DNA of 64,000 bases from a bacterium (GCA_027592325.1 JAQCKO010000001.1:20247-84246); one strand, 5' to 3'. Positions 19,930-30,643 are shown, numbered from the stretch's first letter. The notes: generated from the sequence alone by a model not told the origin. Program-made: numbers and translations.

Positions 19930-20373
19930 TTATTGACCGTCAATCGTCACTTGAAATTCACGGTTTGCTGAGAATAAACCAACTGCTGCGAGGATTGAGC
20001 CACACAGTGACATAACACAAAATATGCACCAAGCGTAAAGAACAAACGCCTCAATATACGTAAGGTACAAACCAAACAATAGCATGATGACAACCCCAAA
20101 AATGCTCAAATTCATCAGCCATATTCGTACATTTTTATGATTAATAAGCGCCGAAATCAATAGAAACGTGTACGCAAGGATACCCAACCAACTGTTCGGG
20201 AATCCGAATAAGCGTGCATATTTACTTGAATTTACTGCTCCACAATCGAATGTTTCTCCAATCGAACAAAATGCTGTATCAACCGTTCCTGCTGCGATAA
20301 AACTGAGATAAATCGAGGCTATGAGTCCAAGAAGAGATCCGAGTATGATGAGTGTGAGATGCGAGTATTTCAT
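19930..20373 (-). CDS. Vitamin K epoxide reductase (VKOR) family protein
   Basis: C..(x6)..C..V.SS.Y loop, WCIFC motif. Confidence 0.9.
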   Translation of the reverse strand: MKYSHLTLIILGSLLGLIASIYLSFIAAGTVDTAFCSIGETFDCGAVNSSKYARLFGFPNSWLGILAYTFLLISALINHKNVRIWLMNLSIFGVVIMLLFGLYLTYIEAFVLYAWCIFCVMSLCGSILAAVGLFSANREFQVTIDGQ

Positions 20374-20376
20374 GGA

Positions 20377-20745
20377 CTATAGTTCACAGTCATAAAATTC
20401 TGCGAGCTCACGTGCTTCACGTGCTCCCAGTAGTCGTTCTCCATCTGCACGCTCCCATGTTGGCGTGTTCGTGATATCTGGACACAAATCAAATGTTTGC
20501 GATCCTGGAGAGGAACATTCAACAACTTCTAGCTTCCGCACAGAAGAGCCAAGCGCGTCTTTTTGAGCCGCACAAGCGGGACACCAATACGCTTCGTACA
20601 TAACTCCACCCTTTTCTGCAATGCAAGCGGTTAAACTGTCGTATTTTGAAGGAAGATGATTTTTTAGCACAGCGGCAATAATAAGCGCACCGAATACCGC
20701 CGTAGCAGCGATAATAATTGTGAGTGTTGATCGTCGTTTTGGCAT
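20377..20745 (-). CDS. Membrane-anchored thioredoxin-like protein (VKOR partner type)
   Basis: MYEAYWCPAC..QK, VEC, PTW. Confidence 0.85.
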   Translation of the reverse strand: MPKRRSTLTIIIAATAVFGALIIAAVLKNHLPSKYDSLTACIAEKGGVMYEAYWCPACAAQKDALGSSVRKLEVVECSSPGSQTFDLCPDITNTPTWERADGERLLGAREARELAEFYDCEL

Positions 20746-20776
20746 AATATGTTCATTATACTGTTAGACCATCGCA

Positions 20777-20805
20777 TTGACAAGTAGCAAACTACACCTT
20801 ATAAT
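20777..20805 (+). promoter_or_regulatory. Perfect-consensus sigma70 promoter, near-leaderless
   Basis: TTGACA-17 bp-TATAAT, 9 nt before the dusB ATG. Confidence 0.85.
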
Positions 20806-20814
20806 ACCTCCCTT

Positions 20815-21780
20815 ATGGAACTAAACTGGAAACAGCAAGTACGCCCCATTATCGCCCTCTCCCCCATGGCCGACATGACCGATTCAGCTTATTGTCGCAT
20901 TGTGAAATCGATAGCGTCACCAATTGTATTCCGAGAAATGGTCTCTGCCGAAGCCGTTATTCGTGGGAATGATAAAACCCTCGATATGTCCGCCATTCAT
21001 GAAGATGAACGGCCTCTTGTGCAGCAAATCTTTGGCGCCCACCCTGATTCCATGCGTGAAGCCGCACGCGTCATAGAGGAAGAACATCATCCTGAGGGAA
21101 TTGATATCAATATGGGCTGCCCTGTGTATAAAATTACGTCAAACTTCAATGGAGCTGCGCTTATGAAAGAGCCTGAGCTTGCGGCAACGATTGTAAAAGA
21201 AATGAAGTCTGTCATCTCTGTTCCACTTTCAACAAAAATGCGAGCCGGCTGGTCTGTGCATACAGAATGCATTGATTTCGCAAAACGTATGGAACAAGCT
21301 GGCTCTGATCTTATTACGGTTCATGGCCGTACAAAAGAACAGGCTTACCGAGGGTTATCGAATCGAAATGTGGTACGTGAAGTCAAGAAGGGTGTCCAGG
21401 TTCCCGTACTCTACAACGGCGATGTGTTCACACATGAGGACTACTTTCAGGCTCTTGAAGAGACAGAATGCGATGGTGTGCTCATTGCCCGTGGTGCGCT
21501 TGGAAATCCATGGATTTTTCGCGACATTGAAGCAAGACTCCGTGGTGAACAACCCACACCCGTAACTATACGCGAACGCATTGACGTTATTTGCCAGCAC
21601 CTTGACCTGCACCTTCTTCAATACGGAGAACAATCAATTACAACCTTCCGCAAACACCTGTCGTGGTATTTCAAAGGCATTTCAAATATGAAGCCGTATA
21701 AACAAGAATTAATGACGACGAAAAATCGTAATGAACTCATTGATATTCTTGAAAAGATTGCTTTACATCTTGACGAATAA
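20815..21780 (+). CDS. dusB: tRNA-dihydrouridine synthase B
   Basis: SPMA, IDINMGCP, VHGRT, NGDV, ARGALGNPWIF. Confidence 0.93.
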   Translation: MELNWKQQVRPIIALSPMADMTDSAYCRIVKSIASPIVFREMVSAEAVIRGNDKTLDMSAIHEDERPLVQQIFGAHPDSMREAARVIEEEHHPEGIDINMGCPVYKITSNFNGAALMKEPELAATIVKEMKSVISVPLSTKMRAGWSVHTECIDFAKRMEQAGSDLITVHGRTKEQAYRGLSNRNVVREVKKGVQVPVLYNGDVFTHEDYFQALEETECDGVLIARGALGNPWIFRDIEARLRGEQPTPVTIRERIDVICQHLDLHLLQYGEQSITTFRKHLSWYFKGISNMKPYKQELMTTKNRNELIDILEKIALHLDE

Positions 21781-21814
21781 CACTAAAGCAGGCAAACTTG
21801 CGGCAATCAAGCCT

Positions 21815-22738
21815 ATGAATATTGGCATCCTTACATTCGTTTCAGACAAGAAAAAAATTGCAAAAGGGACAAAATCTCTTATAAAAGAGCTAAAGCAGCG
21901 TGGTCATAAAGTCACCGTACTTTACACGCCGCTTGTTGGCCTTGTGTTCGGGAATGGAAAAAAACTCGTCTATGACGGTAAAGTTTTAAAAAAGGACAGA
22001 TTTGACACAATCCTCGTGCGTCCTGGATTTACAAGCGACCCAAGTGTGCAATCATCCTTTATCAAACAATTTCAGCTGGCCGGTTTTGATATTATCAATT
22101 CGTACATTGGTGTGTTCCGTGCAAAGAACAAAATTCGCTCTTTGCAGCTACTTGATCATTATGATGTTGCCGTTCCAAAAACCGTTGTCACAAAAGATGC
22201 AACAACGATTACCGAAGCCGCAGAAGCATTCCGATTCCCAGTAATCGTTAAAGCGATTTACGGTACCCATGGCCGTGGGGTCTTTTTGGCAGAATCAAAA
22301 CGCTCTCTTGGGCCCATCATTGAGTATTTAACTGCAAAAGAAAAAGGACCCGTATCTCTGCAGGAATATATTCGCGAAGCAAAAGGGAAAGATTTGCGTA
22401 TATTTGTTTGCGGGAAGAAGATCATTGCTGCCATGGAACGTGTAGCAAAAAGTGGTGAATTTCGTGCAAATTTTCATAAGGGAGGAACAGTCACCGTTGC
22501 AGACCTTTCTAAGGAAGAAAAGAAAATGGCTTTACGGGCAGCAAATATCCTTGGGCTCGACATTGCTGGAGTCGATATTCTGCGAACAAAGAGTGGTCCA
22601 AAGATTATTGAAGTCAATTCAAATCCAGGTCTTGAAGGGATAACAAAGGCAAGCGGGGTCAATGTGGCTTCAAAGCTCGCCGACTACATTGAAAAACGTG
22701 CAACAAGAGTCATTAACGCGCGGCAAACCATTGCTTAG
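21815..22738 (+). CDS. RimK-family ATP-grasp ligase
   Basis: GTHGRGV, QEYI.E.KGKDLR, FRANFHKGG, EVNSNPG; promoter TTGACG-17-CAAACT. Confidence 0.92.
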   Translation: MNIGILTFVSDKKKIAKGTKSLIKELKQRGHKVTVLYTPLVGLVFGNGKKLVYDGKVLKKDRFDTILVRPGFTSDPSVQSSFIKQFQLAGFDIINSYIGVFRAKNKIRSLQLLDHYDVAVPKTVVTKDATTITEAAEAFRFPVIVKAIYGTHGRGVFLAESKRSLGPIIEYLTAKEKGPVSLQEYIREAKGKDLRIFVCGKKIIAAMERVAKSGEFRANFHKGGTVTVADLSKEEKKMALRAANILGLDIAGVDILRTKSGPKIIEVNSNPGLEGITKASGVNVASKLADYIEKRATRVINARQTIA

Positions 22739-23066
22739 CAAGACGCACATCATTTTTCATTTTTTTCGTCATCTGTTCAATGGACTCAAATGGAACAAGT
22801 TCAGATAGTTTTGCAAATAGTATGATGTGCAACTCTTCGTCATACAGGTCACCCTCGAAGTCAAAAAGATGAGACTCTAATACGAGCTCGTTTTTTTGAT
22901 TACGGCGAAGGCAGGAAATTGCCTCACGTCGGCGTCCGTCAAACAGAACAATCGATGCATATACACCGACATCATGCTCGATCTTTTCGAGAATGATATT
23001 GGCCGTCGGCATGTGATAAACAGAAGTTGCCTCTTTGATGCCCGTTTGAACGATTCCTGAATACAT
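22713..23066 (-). CDS. Stand-alone riboflavin kinase
   Basis: PTANI, GVYA, ESHLFDFEGDLY. Confidence 0.85.
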   Translation of the reverse strand: MYSGIVQTGIKEATSVYHMPTANIILEKIEHDVGVYASIVLFDGRRREAISCLRRNQKNELVLESHLFDFEGDLYDEELHIILFAKLSELVPFESIEQMTKKMKNDVRLAKQWFAAR

Positions 23067-23167
23067 AGAAGGACAATATCGAAATTTTGTCAGATAAACA
23101 AGATGCGTTTGAATATGCTGCTTTTTCATGCTATGAACATTATGCACATTTAACCACGGAGGCTGAA

Positions 23168-23971
23168 ATGGCCCAGGAACGGCTTTTTACGCGTGATCCT
23201 GGTCAAATTCGGCTACTCGTGGTCGATCTGATGTTCACGCTCCTTCTCGCGAAAGCACATGAACGAAGGTCCATGGTCTGCGATGTATACCGTCAGATTG
23301 GTAAGCTGAGCGACACAGTTCAGGATCAAGATATTTGGTTAGCGATTCAACGTAGGCGGAACGCTCTCGAGCCGCTCAAGGATGATGACAACTACTGGCG
23401 TCTCGTTAACCAGCAGGTACTCGAGGAATTGCTTGTGGGCAGAGCGCTTCAGTACGCAAATACTCGTGGACGAGACATTCACGATTGCATCCTGACGGAC
23501 CCAAGCCACTATACCGTTTGCCACTGGCTTATGCAGGTATTAGCTCAGGCATCAAAAAACGGCATGCGTGTTGTCATCGGATCAAATCAAAGGGTGGCAT
23601 CTGCAAATCATTTGCTGAACCATTTTTTTACAGACAGCCACTTTTCTGCTGTGTACACCTCTGAGATGCTCGGTGTTCGCAAGCCTCATGCAATGTTTTG
23701 GGAGAACATCCTTCAGCGCGAAGGAATCCCTGCACATGAGGCCCGTCACATCGGCAATTCGGTGCGCTCGGACATGGGATCAGTGAACGCAGGAGTTCGT
23801 GCGATACTCCTCGATCCAACACACGAGCACAGATATCACAGTACGGATCCGAAAAACAGCGATAGCCCCGCTGACTACAGAAGACTTGCACAGCTACTGA
23901 AGGCTGGCAGCGTACGGGCAGCAACCAATGCAACTGAGCTCAGGCAACTGCTAGGGCTCAACTCACACTAA
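23168..23971 (+). CDS. Divergent HAD-family hydrolase (cassette)
   Basis: VVDLMFTL, GSN, KP, HIGNS..SD; GGAGG SD; downstream hairpin. Confidence 0.8.
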   Translation: MAQERLFTRDPGQIRLLVVDLMFTLLLAKAHERRSMVCDVYRQIGKLSDTVQDQDIWLAIQRRRNALEPLKDDDNYWRLVNQQVLEELLVGRALQYANTRGRDIHDCILTDPSHYTVCHWLMQVLAQASKNGMRVVIGSNQRVASANHLLNHFFTDSHFSAVYTSEMLGVRKPHAMFWENILQREGIPAHEARHIGNSVRSDMGSVNAGVRAILLDPTHEHRYHSTDPKNSDSPADYRRLAQLLKAGSVRAATNATELRQLLGLNSH

Positions 23972-23998
23972 GAGCGACTGATGATGGTCACTCTTTTC

Positions 23999-25291
23999 TT
24001 ATTGCCAATAAGTTTCCTGCCTGACAAGCAATGCACTTGCGCGCTGCGGCTCGGCCATTATTTCGAAAACAAGCTGTTCCATTCTGCTTGACTGCGATCC
24101 TTTTACATAAATAATATCGCCTCCTTGAATTTCACGATCCAAAAATCTTCCTGCTTCCTGCGATGTTTCAAAATAGTGGATCTGTGATTTTGACATCCCC
24201 GCTTCTTCAGCTGCAATCATTGCCGTTTTCATCCGAGGACCAACTGCAATAAACAATTGTGCATTTTCAGCAACGCTCTTTCCAATGGATGTATGTTCTG
24301 CTTCATCGTACTGCCCCAGCTCTGCCATTTGTCCGAGCGCAGCGATGCGCCTATCACCTTTTTCTTTTGGATCAAATTGTGCAAGAACATCGAGTCCATG
24401 TCGCATCGCTGCCGGAGCGGCATTGTAGCTGTCATCAATAATTAATGAGCCTTTAATCCCGGCAATCGGATACATACGACCAGGGGTTGGCGTAAAGTGG
24501 ACATTCATCCGACTGATAGCTTCTATTGGTTCAATATCAAATTGAATTCCCACCGCGATTGCCGCTAGTGCTGACATGATCGATCCATAACCGAGCATAT
24601 TCGGTAGGCGTAATTGACCAATATGCTGCCCACCAACGACAACATCTGCTTCCGTAAGCGCAAATACTTCATCTGCATCAAAATGATCGTCTATGCGTGT
24701 ACGCATGGTCACATTCTTGGCAGATACATACCCTTGACGTCCATACGTGATGACCGTTTGATCTGTCATCGCTTTCATGCGCATGACGTGTTCGTCATCC
24801 GCGTTTAATATGGCTATACCGTGTGGATTTAGCATCTTTACAAGCGTACTTTTTTCTTCCACAATCTTGTCTACCGATGCATAATATTCTGCATGTACAG
24901 GTGAAATACCCGTAACAACAGCAATATCTGGAGGTGCAATGTCACATAGTAATGCAATGTCTCCAGGATGGTCGGCGCCATACTCGAGTACCATTGTTTT
25001 TGGAATGTCTTCGGTATTATCATGTTTAAAGAGGGCTTTAAACCAAGCAATTGGCGATGATCCTGGCGCATGTGGAATACCCAGGATAGAAAGCGGGACA
25101 CCCAATTCATTGTTATAATTCTTCTTTGCCGAACGCACCAGACCTCCATATGCGAGCACCAGTCGAATTGCTCTTCGTGAGGATGTTTTACCCATTGAAC
25201 CGGTGATCGCGACAATACGCGGGCGATGCCGAGATACGTATGTACGCGCCTTGTGTTGCAGAGCTGTGATGAGCCATTTTTTCATATTCAT
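23999..25291 (-). CDS. murF: UDP-MurNAc-tripeptide--D-Ala-D-Ala ligase
   Basis: ITGSMGKTS, NNELGVPLS, IDDSYNA, GQMAELG, VKGS. Confidence 0.93.
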   Translation of the reverse strand: MNMKKWLITALQHKARTYVSRHRPRIVAITGSMGKTSSRRAIRLVLAYGGLVRSAKKNYNNELGVPLSILGIPHAPGSSPIAWFKALFKHDNTEDIPKTMVLEYGADHPGDIALLCDIAPPDIAVVTGISPVHAEYYASVDKIVEEKSTLVKMLNPHGIAILNADDEHVMRMKAMTDQTVITYGRQGYVSAKNVTMRTRIDDHFDADEVFALTEADVVVGGQHIGQLRLPNMLGYGSIMSALAAIAVGIQFDIEPIEAISRMNVHFTPTPGRMYPIAGIKGSLIIDDSYNAAPAAMRHGLDVLAQFDPKEKGDRRIAALGQMAELGQYDEAEHTSIGKSVAENAQLFIAVGPRMKTAMIAAEEAGMSKSQIHYFETSQEAGRFLDREIQGGDIIYVKGSQSSRMEQLVFEIMAEPQRASALLVRQETYWQ

Positions 25292-27168
25292 CTTGTTGGT
25301 GGAATCTCTAATATGCGCAAAATGTCTTTTGCGACTGTCCCAAAAATTGGTGCTGCAGTATCAGCTGCCCAAGGGGATGTTTTTGGATAATCAAGCATTA
25401 TTACCATGACAAATTTGGGGTCTTCAATCGGTCCATACCCGGCAAAACTGGCATGTGTTACCCCATCTTGGTATCGGCCATCACTACCCGCCACCTGTGC
25501 TGTCCCTGTCTTTCCGGCAATGTAATACCCATCAACTCCTGCTGCTCCCGCATGCCCATGTTCAACAACCGAAACCATCATCGCACCAACAGTTGTTGCA
25601 GCTGAGGATGACAATACACGCCCCATCTGCTCTGGGATCGTTTCCATGACACCTCCTGAACTATCTATTCTCGATTCCACAATATACGGTTTCATACGTA
25701 TACCATCATTTGCGATCGTAGCATACGCATTCGCCAACTGTAAGACAGTAGAGGTAATCCCTTGACCATAACTGGCAGTTGCATAGTAAATTTCTCCACC
25801 TGATTCAAGCGAGGAAATTGTTCCGGCAGCTTCTACATCAAGTTCAACGCCCGTAAGCTCACCAAAACCGAATCGACGAATATAATCCGACATAACCTCG
25901 CCTCCGAGTCGTCTCATTACATCGATCATTCCTGTATTTAGCGACTTTTCAAGTATTTCGACCATAGTGACAATCCCGTTTGCCTTTAAATCGGAATTAC
26001 GGATTGGTTTTGGATGCCCTGCAACCCATTCCTCCCCCATATCGTTGTAGAGTGAATCTTTGTGTACAATCCCACGATCAAGCGCTGCAGCCATTACAAT
26101 CGGCTTAAACACCGATCCGGGTTCATAGGGAGAAAAAATTGATGTATTATTGTACGCCGAAACGGTTTCTGCACTCGCAAAGTCGGAAGGAGAAAAATCT
26201 GGCCCATTACACATGGCAAGAACACGACCTGTTTCGGGTTCGAGGACCACAAGACTCCCACCATCTGCTTGATATCGATCAATACCATTTTTTAGTGCAG
26301 AGCAAGCCGTATATTGTATACTTCTATCTATCGTGAGTACCAAATCGCCGCCATCAATCGCGGCTCCAAAATCGCGTGTACCTGGTTGCGTCCATGTTCC
26401 GCCTGCGCCAACGGGCATATTTAAAAACCCATCTTCACCAGATAAAAATTCATCAAAGTAGCCTTCTATTCCATACTGACCAACCTCACCTGCATCGGTT
26501 TCGCGAACAAATCCGAATACATGTCCTCCAAGTTGTTCTTCTGGATATCCGCGACCTTCTTCGTGGAGAACATAGATACCCGGAATTTGAAGCGCAAGTA
26601 TGGCTTCAATTTGCTTCCCACTTAAATGCCGTTTTATCGGTTCATAAGGATCGTCGTTTTTTTGTAACCGTTCAAAAAGCGAATCAAAAAAAACATAATC
26701 AACGGTTTCTTCAGATTCTGTTGAGGTTTCATGAAGCTGCGGTTCAAGAGGTGCAGCATCATCTTCTTGTACCTCGCTTTCTCGTACGCCTTCAAATAAC
26801 GATGCGGGAACTTCTTCCACTTCAGGCTTCTCAGTGTTGGACCTGACATCGTATCCAAGAAGTTCTGAAATGCGTGCAGCCGCATAATGAGGATCTATCA
26901 CCTCACGCGGATCTGCATACAAGAATCCCGTTTCTTCCGAGGTTACTGCCGGATATATTCTGCCAGTTTTATGATCACGTACAAAAATGGTCCCACGTGT
27001 TGCGTGTAATTCTTCGTATAGTTGATGCTGATTTTGCGAGAGCGTATCGTAAAACGCTGCGTTGACAATTTGGACATGAAATAATCGAGCGCCAAGGAGA
27101 ACTCCCGACAGCAGGAGACCAATTTTAACGGTCAACAACCGTGTTCGATGCACAGAAGATTTCCTCAT
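25288..27168 (-). CDS. Class B penicillin-binding protein (FtsI-like)
   Basis: EPGSVFK, SLN, KTGTAQ. Confidence 0.92.
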   Translation of the reverse strand: MRKSSVHRTRLLTVKIGLLLSGVLLGARLFHVQIVNAAFYDTLSQNQHQLYEELHATRGTIFVRDHKTGRIYPAVTSEETGFLYADPREVIDPHYAAARISELLGYDVRSNTEKPEVEEVPASLFEGVRESEVQEDDAAPLEPQLHETSTESEETVDYVFFDSLFERLQKNDDPYEPIKRHLSGKQIEAILALQIPGIYVLHEEGRGYPEEQLGGHVFGFVRETDAGEVGQYGIEGYFDEFLSGEDGFLNMPVGAGGTWTQPGTRDFGAAIDGGDLVLTIDRSIQYTACSALKNGIDRYQADGGSLVVLEPETGRVLAMCNGPDFSPSDFASAETVSAYNNTSIFSPYEPGSVFKPIVMAAALDRGIVHKDSLYNDMGEEWVAGHPKPIRNSDLKANGIVTMVEILEKSLNTGMIDVMRRLGGEVMSDYIRRFGFGELTGVELDVEAAGTISSLESGGEIYYATASYGQGITSTVLQLANAYATIANDGIRMKPYIVESRIDSSGGVMETIPEQMGRVLSSSAATTVGAMMVSVVEHGHAGAAGVDGYYIAGKTGTAQVAGSDGRYQDGVTHASFAGYGPIEDPKFVMVIMLDYPKTSPWAADTAAPIFGTVAKDILRILEIPPTR

Positions 27169-27185
27169 GCGGGTAGTATACCGCT

Positions 27186-27614
27186 CTAATCTGAGAATTG
27201 CACTTCTTCTTCAGGAACAGACTTTCCTACCCCCATTATTACCTCTCCACTCACAGAAAATTCTGCAATGCGCATGATTTCCCCATCTTCCGAGGCATAA
27301 TCGCGAAACAGCATAGAATCCTGAACCTCTCCATCTTCATCAACCACATTCCCTTTTGTCTCAAAGGTGAGCTCAAATTCTACTCCTTGATGAACCTGCA
27401 TATCTTCAGAAGCATCGATCTCTGTTTCAAATTCAGTCATAAAGAGCACTTCATCTGACGCAACGTCAATAGAAATCCAAATATCTTCATCGTGAATCCA
27501 AATCATTTCCTCACCACTTTCAAGTTCTATAAGATCAACGTGGCGAGGCGCAACTGTACGCCCTGAAATAACGAGCTCACCACCTTCAAGTAATGCTGTT
27601 TTCAGATCTGGCAT
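27186..27614 (-). CDS. Acidic hypothetical protein
   Basis: 142-aa ORF tightly packed in the operon. Confidence 0.75.
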   Translation of the reverse strand: MPDLKTALLEGGELVISGRTVAPRHVDLIELESGEEMIWIHDEDIWISIDVASDEVLFMTEFETEIDASEDMQVHQGVEFELTFETKGNVVDEDGEVQDSMLFRDYASEDGEIMRIAEFSVSGEVIMGVGKSVPEEEVQFSD

Positions 27615-27617
27615 AAT

Positions 27618-27956
27618 CTATTTCTTCAAATGCATAAAATGTAGAAATGGGATAGCAAATACATTGAAAATAAGGATGACTATAAGCCAAGATTTTTTAT
27701 GCTCATTGTCTAGGGTTGTTGCGGTGTACAGTCGATGAATGGCATAAACGAAGGTAACAAAGAAAAGGATAGCTGTCACAAAATAACTGAGTAACATAAG
27801 ACTCGCTGCAATACCAGTAAATAGCGTAATGACATCTGCCTCAGAACTATTCACTGCGATGAGAATAGCCATAATCGTTACGAGTGCACCGTAAATAAAG
27901 GGCCAAAGTACCAGTATATCCCACCAACGATTTGTTTTGGTCATATCTTTGTTCAT
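27618..27956 (-). CDS. Small membrane protein
   Basis: Three hydrophobic helices; operon packing. Confidence 0.7.
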   Translation of the reverse strand: MNKDMTKTNRWWDILVLWPFIYGALVTIMAILIAVNSSEADVITLFTGIAASLMLLSYFVTAILFFVTFVYAIHRLYTATTLDNEHKKSWLIVILIFNVFAIPFLHFMHLKK

Positions 27957-27957
27957 A

Positions 27958-28539
27958 TTAAAGGCCAAGAGTTAAATTAAATGTATTATCCTGTTCCTCG
28001 CTTTCTTTTGTAAAATCTACCTCAACCATACGGCGTTCTCCTTGCTTATCATCGAAGAGAATATACCCATGTTTACATCCGAACTCGTACACCTCTTTTG
28101 TTACTTTAACATCTTGCATACAGTAGTCAATGACGTCTTGCACACGTCCCTCCTTCCACCACTGCACGGCAAGTAGTCCATGTGCACTTTTGCTGGTTCC
28201 AATCGTCGCAGCTGCGACATCATCAAGTTTTATACGAAATCCTAGGCTTTTGTGAATATGGTCGAGCATATCGCACTGCGGCAACTTTAATAAGTCCCCG
28301 GCATAATAACGATTCATAACAGGTAAATCAAATCCGATGGTGTTGTATCCAATGACACGATCACAGTCTTCAAGCCGTTTACACAATTGAGCAACTTCAT
28401 CTTCTAAAAATGATTCCCAGGTATCTGTCTCGTAAAAGTATGCACAAATAACCGATACATTCAATTTATTCGGAAAATATCCTCCGACGTCATTAAATGT
28501 ATTTGCCGTTTCAATATCGAGTACAACGTCTTTTCCCAT
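27958..28539 (-). CDS. RNase H-like/DEDD exonuclease-domain protein
   Basis: VLDIET, IGYN..GFDLP, DYCMQDV. Confidence 0.88.
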   Translation of the reverse strand: MGKDVVLDIETANTFNDVGGYFPNKLNVSVICAYFYETDTWESFLEDEVAQLCKRLEDCDRVIGYNTIGFDLPVMNRYYAGDLLKLPQCDMLDHIHKSLGFRIKLDDVAAATIGTSKSAHGLLAVQWWKEGRVQDVIDYCMQDVKVTKEVYEFGCKHGYILFDDKQGERRMVEVDFTKESEEQDNTFNLTLGL

Positions 28540-28557
28540 ATGCGAAATTCTAGCATG

Positions 28558-29112
28558 TCATTCTGCTTGGAATGCCTTCATGTTATACACATGCATGTTT
28601 CCATGTGGGAGCGCTACTGTACGAGTTGGAACGCACCCAGGAAATTGAAATCCATGTGAGATCACAATGGCATGCTCTGGCAAGGTACGGACAATTGGGC
28701 GAATTTTTTCCATCGTCTCGGTGAGCAAATAGAGGCAAAGAACATCGACATCCGATAGATCCGCCTTCATAAAGCTACACGTATGAATTTCTGGAGTGAT
28801 TGGGGCTTTGTGGAGTTTAAATCGAAGGCGTGTCCAATGTGTCAGAATTGGGTTAATATCATACCCAATGACACGCGTTGCATTGTATTCCTTCGCGGCA
28901 ACAAGTAAAAAATCCCCTGCACCAGAACCTAAATCGGCGACAACCTGACCTTGTTCAAGCGGGAGTGCATCGAACATTTCTCGGATAAGTTTTTTTCTTG
29001 TCGCAACAAATGGCGCGCCGCTCATTATGGTGAGGAAGAATGTTGCTATTGCATAAGAAAAGGCCGTTAAAATAACCGCGACGATAATCAATATGCCGAT
29101 CCAAATATTCAT
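28558..29112 (-). CDS. Membrane-anchored class I SAM methyltransferase
   Basis: GAPFV.T, DLGSGAG, GYDINP. Confidence 0.88.
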   Translation of the reverse strand: MNIWIGILIIVAVILTAFSYAIATFFLTIMSGAPFVATRKKLIREMFDALPLEQGQVVADLGSGAGDFLLVAAKEYNATRVIGYDINPILTHWTRLRFKLHKAPITPEIHTCSFMKADLSDVDVLCLYLLTETMEKIRPIVRTLPEHAIVISHGFQFPGCVPTRTVALPHGNMHVYNMKAFQAE

Positions 29113-29145
29113 AATGCATCTATTATTCTGTTTTATATCTGAAGT

Positions 29146-29643
29146 TTACTCCCACCATTTTGCATAGGGTGTTTCTGCGAGTAAATATAATTCTTTCTTC
29201 TTATTTGGATGCTTCTTAAGCAACTTCTTTGCAAATATTTGATCAAGTGAATAGCGCCCTCCCCCGCTAAAAAACAGAATACTCGCAATGGCAACAAGTA
29301 GAACCTGTGTTTGTAAATCACGAAAGTCGATGATGACACGCTCAAGGAAAATAGCCACGCTCATTTCAATAAGAACGATGGTACCAACAGCGCGCGCAAA
29401 CAGACCTGATACGGACAGAAGTCCGGCAATAATTTCAACAACACTGAAAAAGATGATGAGCCCTAATGCAAATTCTCCTGGCAGTTCGGCAAGGATAGTA
29501 TCTGATGTTTGCCTCACAAAGGTAAAACGACTCAACCCGGAAAGAATAAGCGAAACACCAAAAATAATACGGAGTGGAATCATTCCCCACATTGGCCGCG
29601 TTGCAAGCAGAGTTAATAAGGCCTTTTCTGTCCGGTGTTTCAT
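29146..29643 (-). CDS. DoxX-family membrane protein
   Basis: LRI.FG, E..AGL...GLF.R, GGGRYSLD. Confidence 0.85.
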   Translation of the reverse strand: MKHRTEKALLTLLATRPMWGMIPLRIIFGVSLILSGLSRFTFVRQTSDTILAELPGEFALGLIIFFSVVEIIAGLLSVSGLFARAVGTIVLIEMSVAIFLERVIIDFRDLQTQVLLVAIASILFFSGGGRYSLDQIFAKKLLKKHPNKKKELYLLAETPYAKWWE

Positions 29644-29647
29644 GATG

Positions 29648-30643
29648 TCAAGATTCAATAATGTGCTTCCCGGCATTCCATAACCGTTCATCACCTTGTT
29701 GCCGCAAATAATACCACCATTCTACTCCCCATAGATAGGCTGCATCAAGTCCTGTGCGCTTCGCAAATGACATGTGACGCCACAAATCCTCTGCTGTGAA
29801 TAATTCATATGCCGCTTGCAGATTCATATCTTTTGGTGAATGACGAAACCAAGGTTCGACTTGCAATTCCGAGATAATCACTTCACCAGCGAACAGACGT
29901 GCGAGCTGAGATTGTAATCGATACACAGCTGGCGTATGTGGAAAAACGTTATAGCCTATAGGTTCTGTGTATACAATACGATAGAGACTAATGCCAAGAA
30001 TATCGAATCCTGGCGCATGAAAAAGCCAAAATGACTGCTCCCCGCTTGTTGTGCGTTGTAGTTTGTGTTCGTTATCAATCTCGCGAACTAGTTGCGTAAG
30101 ATTTTGTACACGTTCAATGCTCGGCTGCGGACATTCACCGAACGGAAAAAACGGTTCGTTTTCTACCTGCCACGCATAAAGAACTGGATGTGTACTGTAG
30201 CGAGACATAAGCGCAATCGTCAGTGCTTCGATGCCAGGTTCAATGCGGCTATGATCAGCATCTACCCATTCCGGGAGAAAACATTCAGGCCATCTTGGGA
30301 CCTTTACTCCAAGCGCGAGCGTTATACGAACATCATGCGCGGCTGCTTCTTCGAAAATATAGTCGAGCTCAGAAAAATCATAGACACCTGGAGCGGTTTC
30401 AATTTGAGACCAATACGCCGGAATACGAAGATACTTTATGTTTAGTTCTTCAAGTATTGCCCGGTATGCATCTTTCCAGTCAACGCCTAAATACGTTGCG
30501 TACGGGACAGAAAATGTCGCTCCCCATGTTGGAGATTTTTTTGGCAGAGTAGTGGAGAGCAGCAACGCAAGCGCTGAAGCAAATACCATGAGCAAAAGCA
30601 CGACTGACCGATGCTTATATTTCTTCTCGTTGTTCCCGAACAT
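29648..30643 (-). CDS. Secreted clan GH-A glycoside hydrolase
   Basis: RIPAYW..IE...G.YDF, WQVENEP, SELQ. Confidence 0.8.
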   Translation of the reverse strand: MFGNNEKKYKHRSVVLLLMVFASALALLLSTTLPKKSPTWGATFSVPYATYLGVDWKDAYRAILEELNIKYLRIPAYWSQIETAPGVYDFSELDYIFEEAAAHDVRITLALGVKVPRWPECFLPEWVDADHSRIEPGIEALTIALMSRYSTHPVLYAWQVENEPFFPFGECPQPSIERVQNLTQLVREIDNEHKLQRTTSGEQSFWLFHAPGFDILGISLYRIVYTEPIGYNVFPHTPAVYRLQSQLARLFAGEVIISELQVEPWFRHSPKDMNLQAAYELFTAEDLWRHMSFAKRTGLDAAYLWGVEWWYYLRQQGDERLWNAGKHIIES

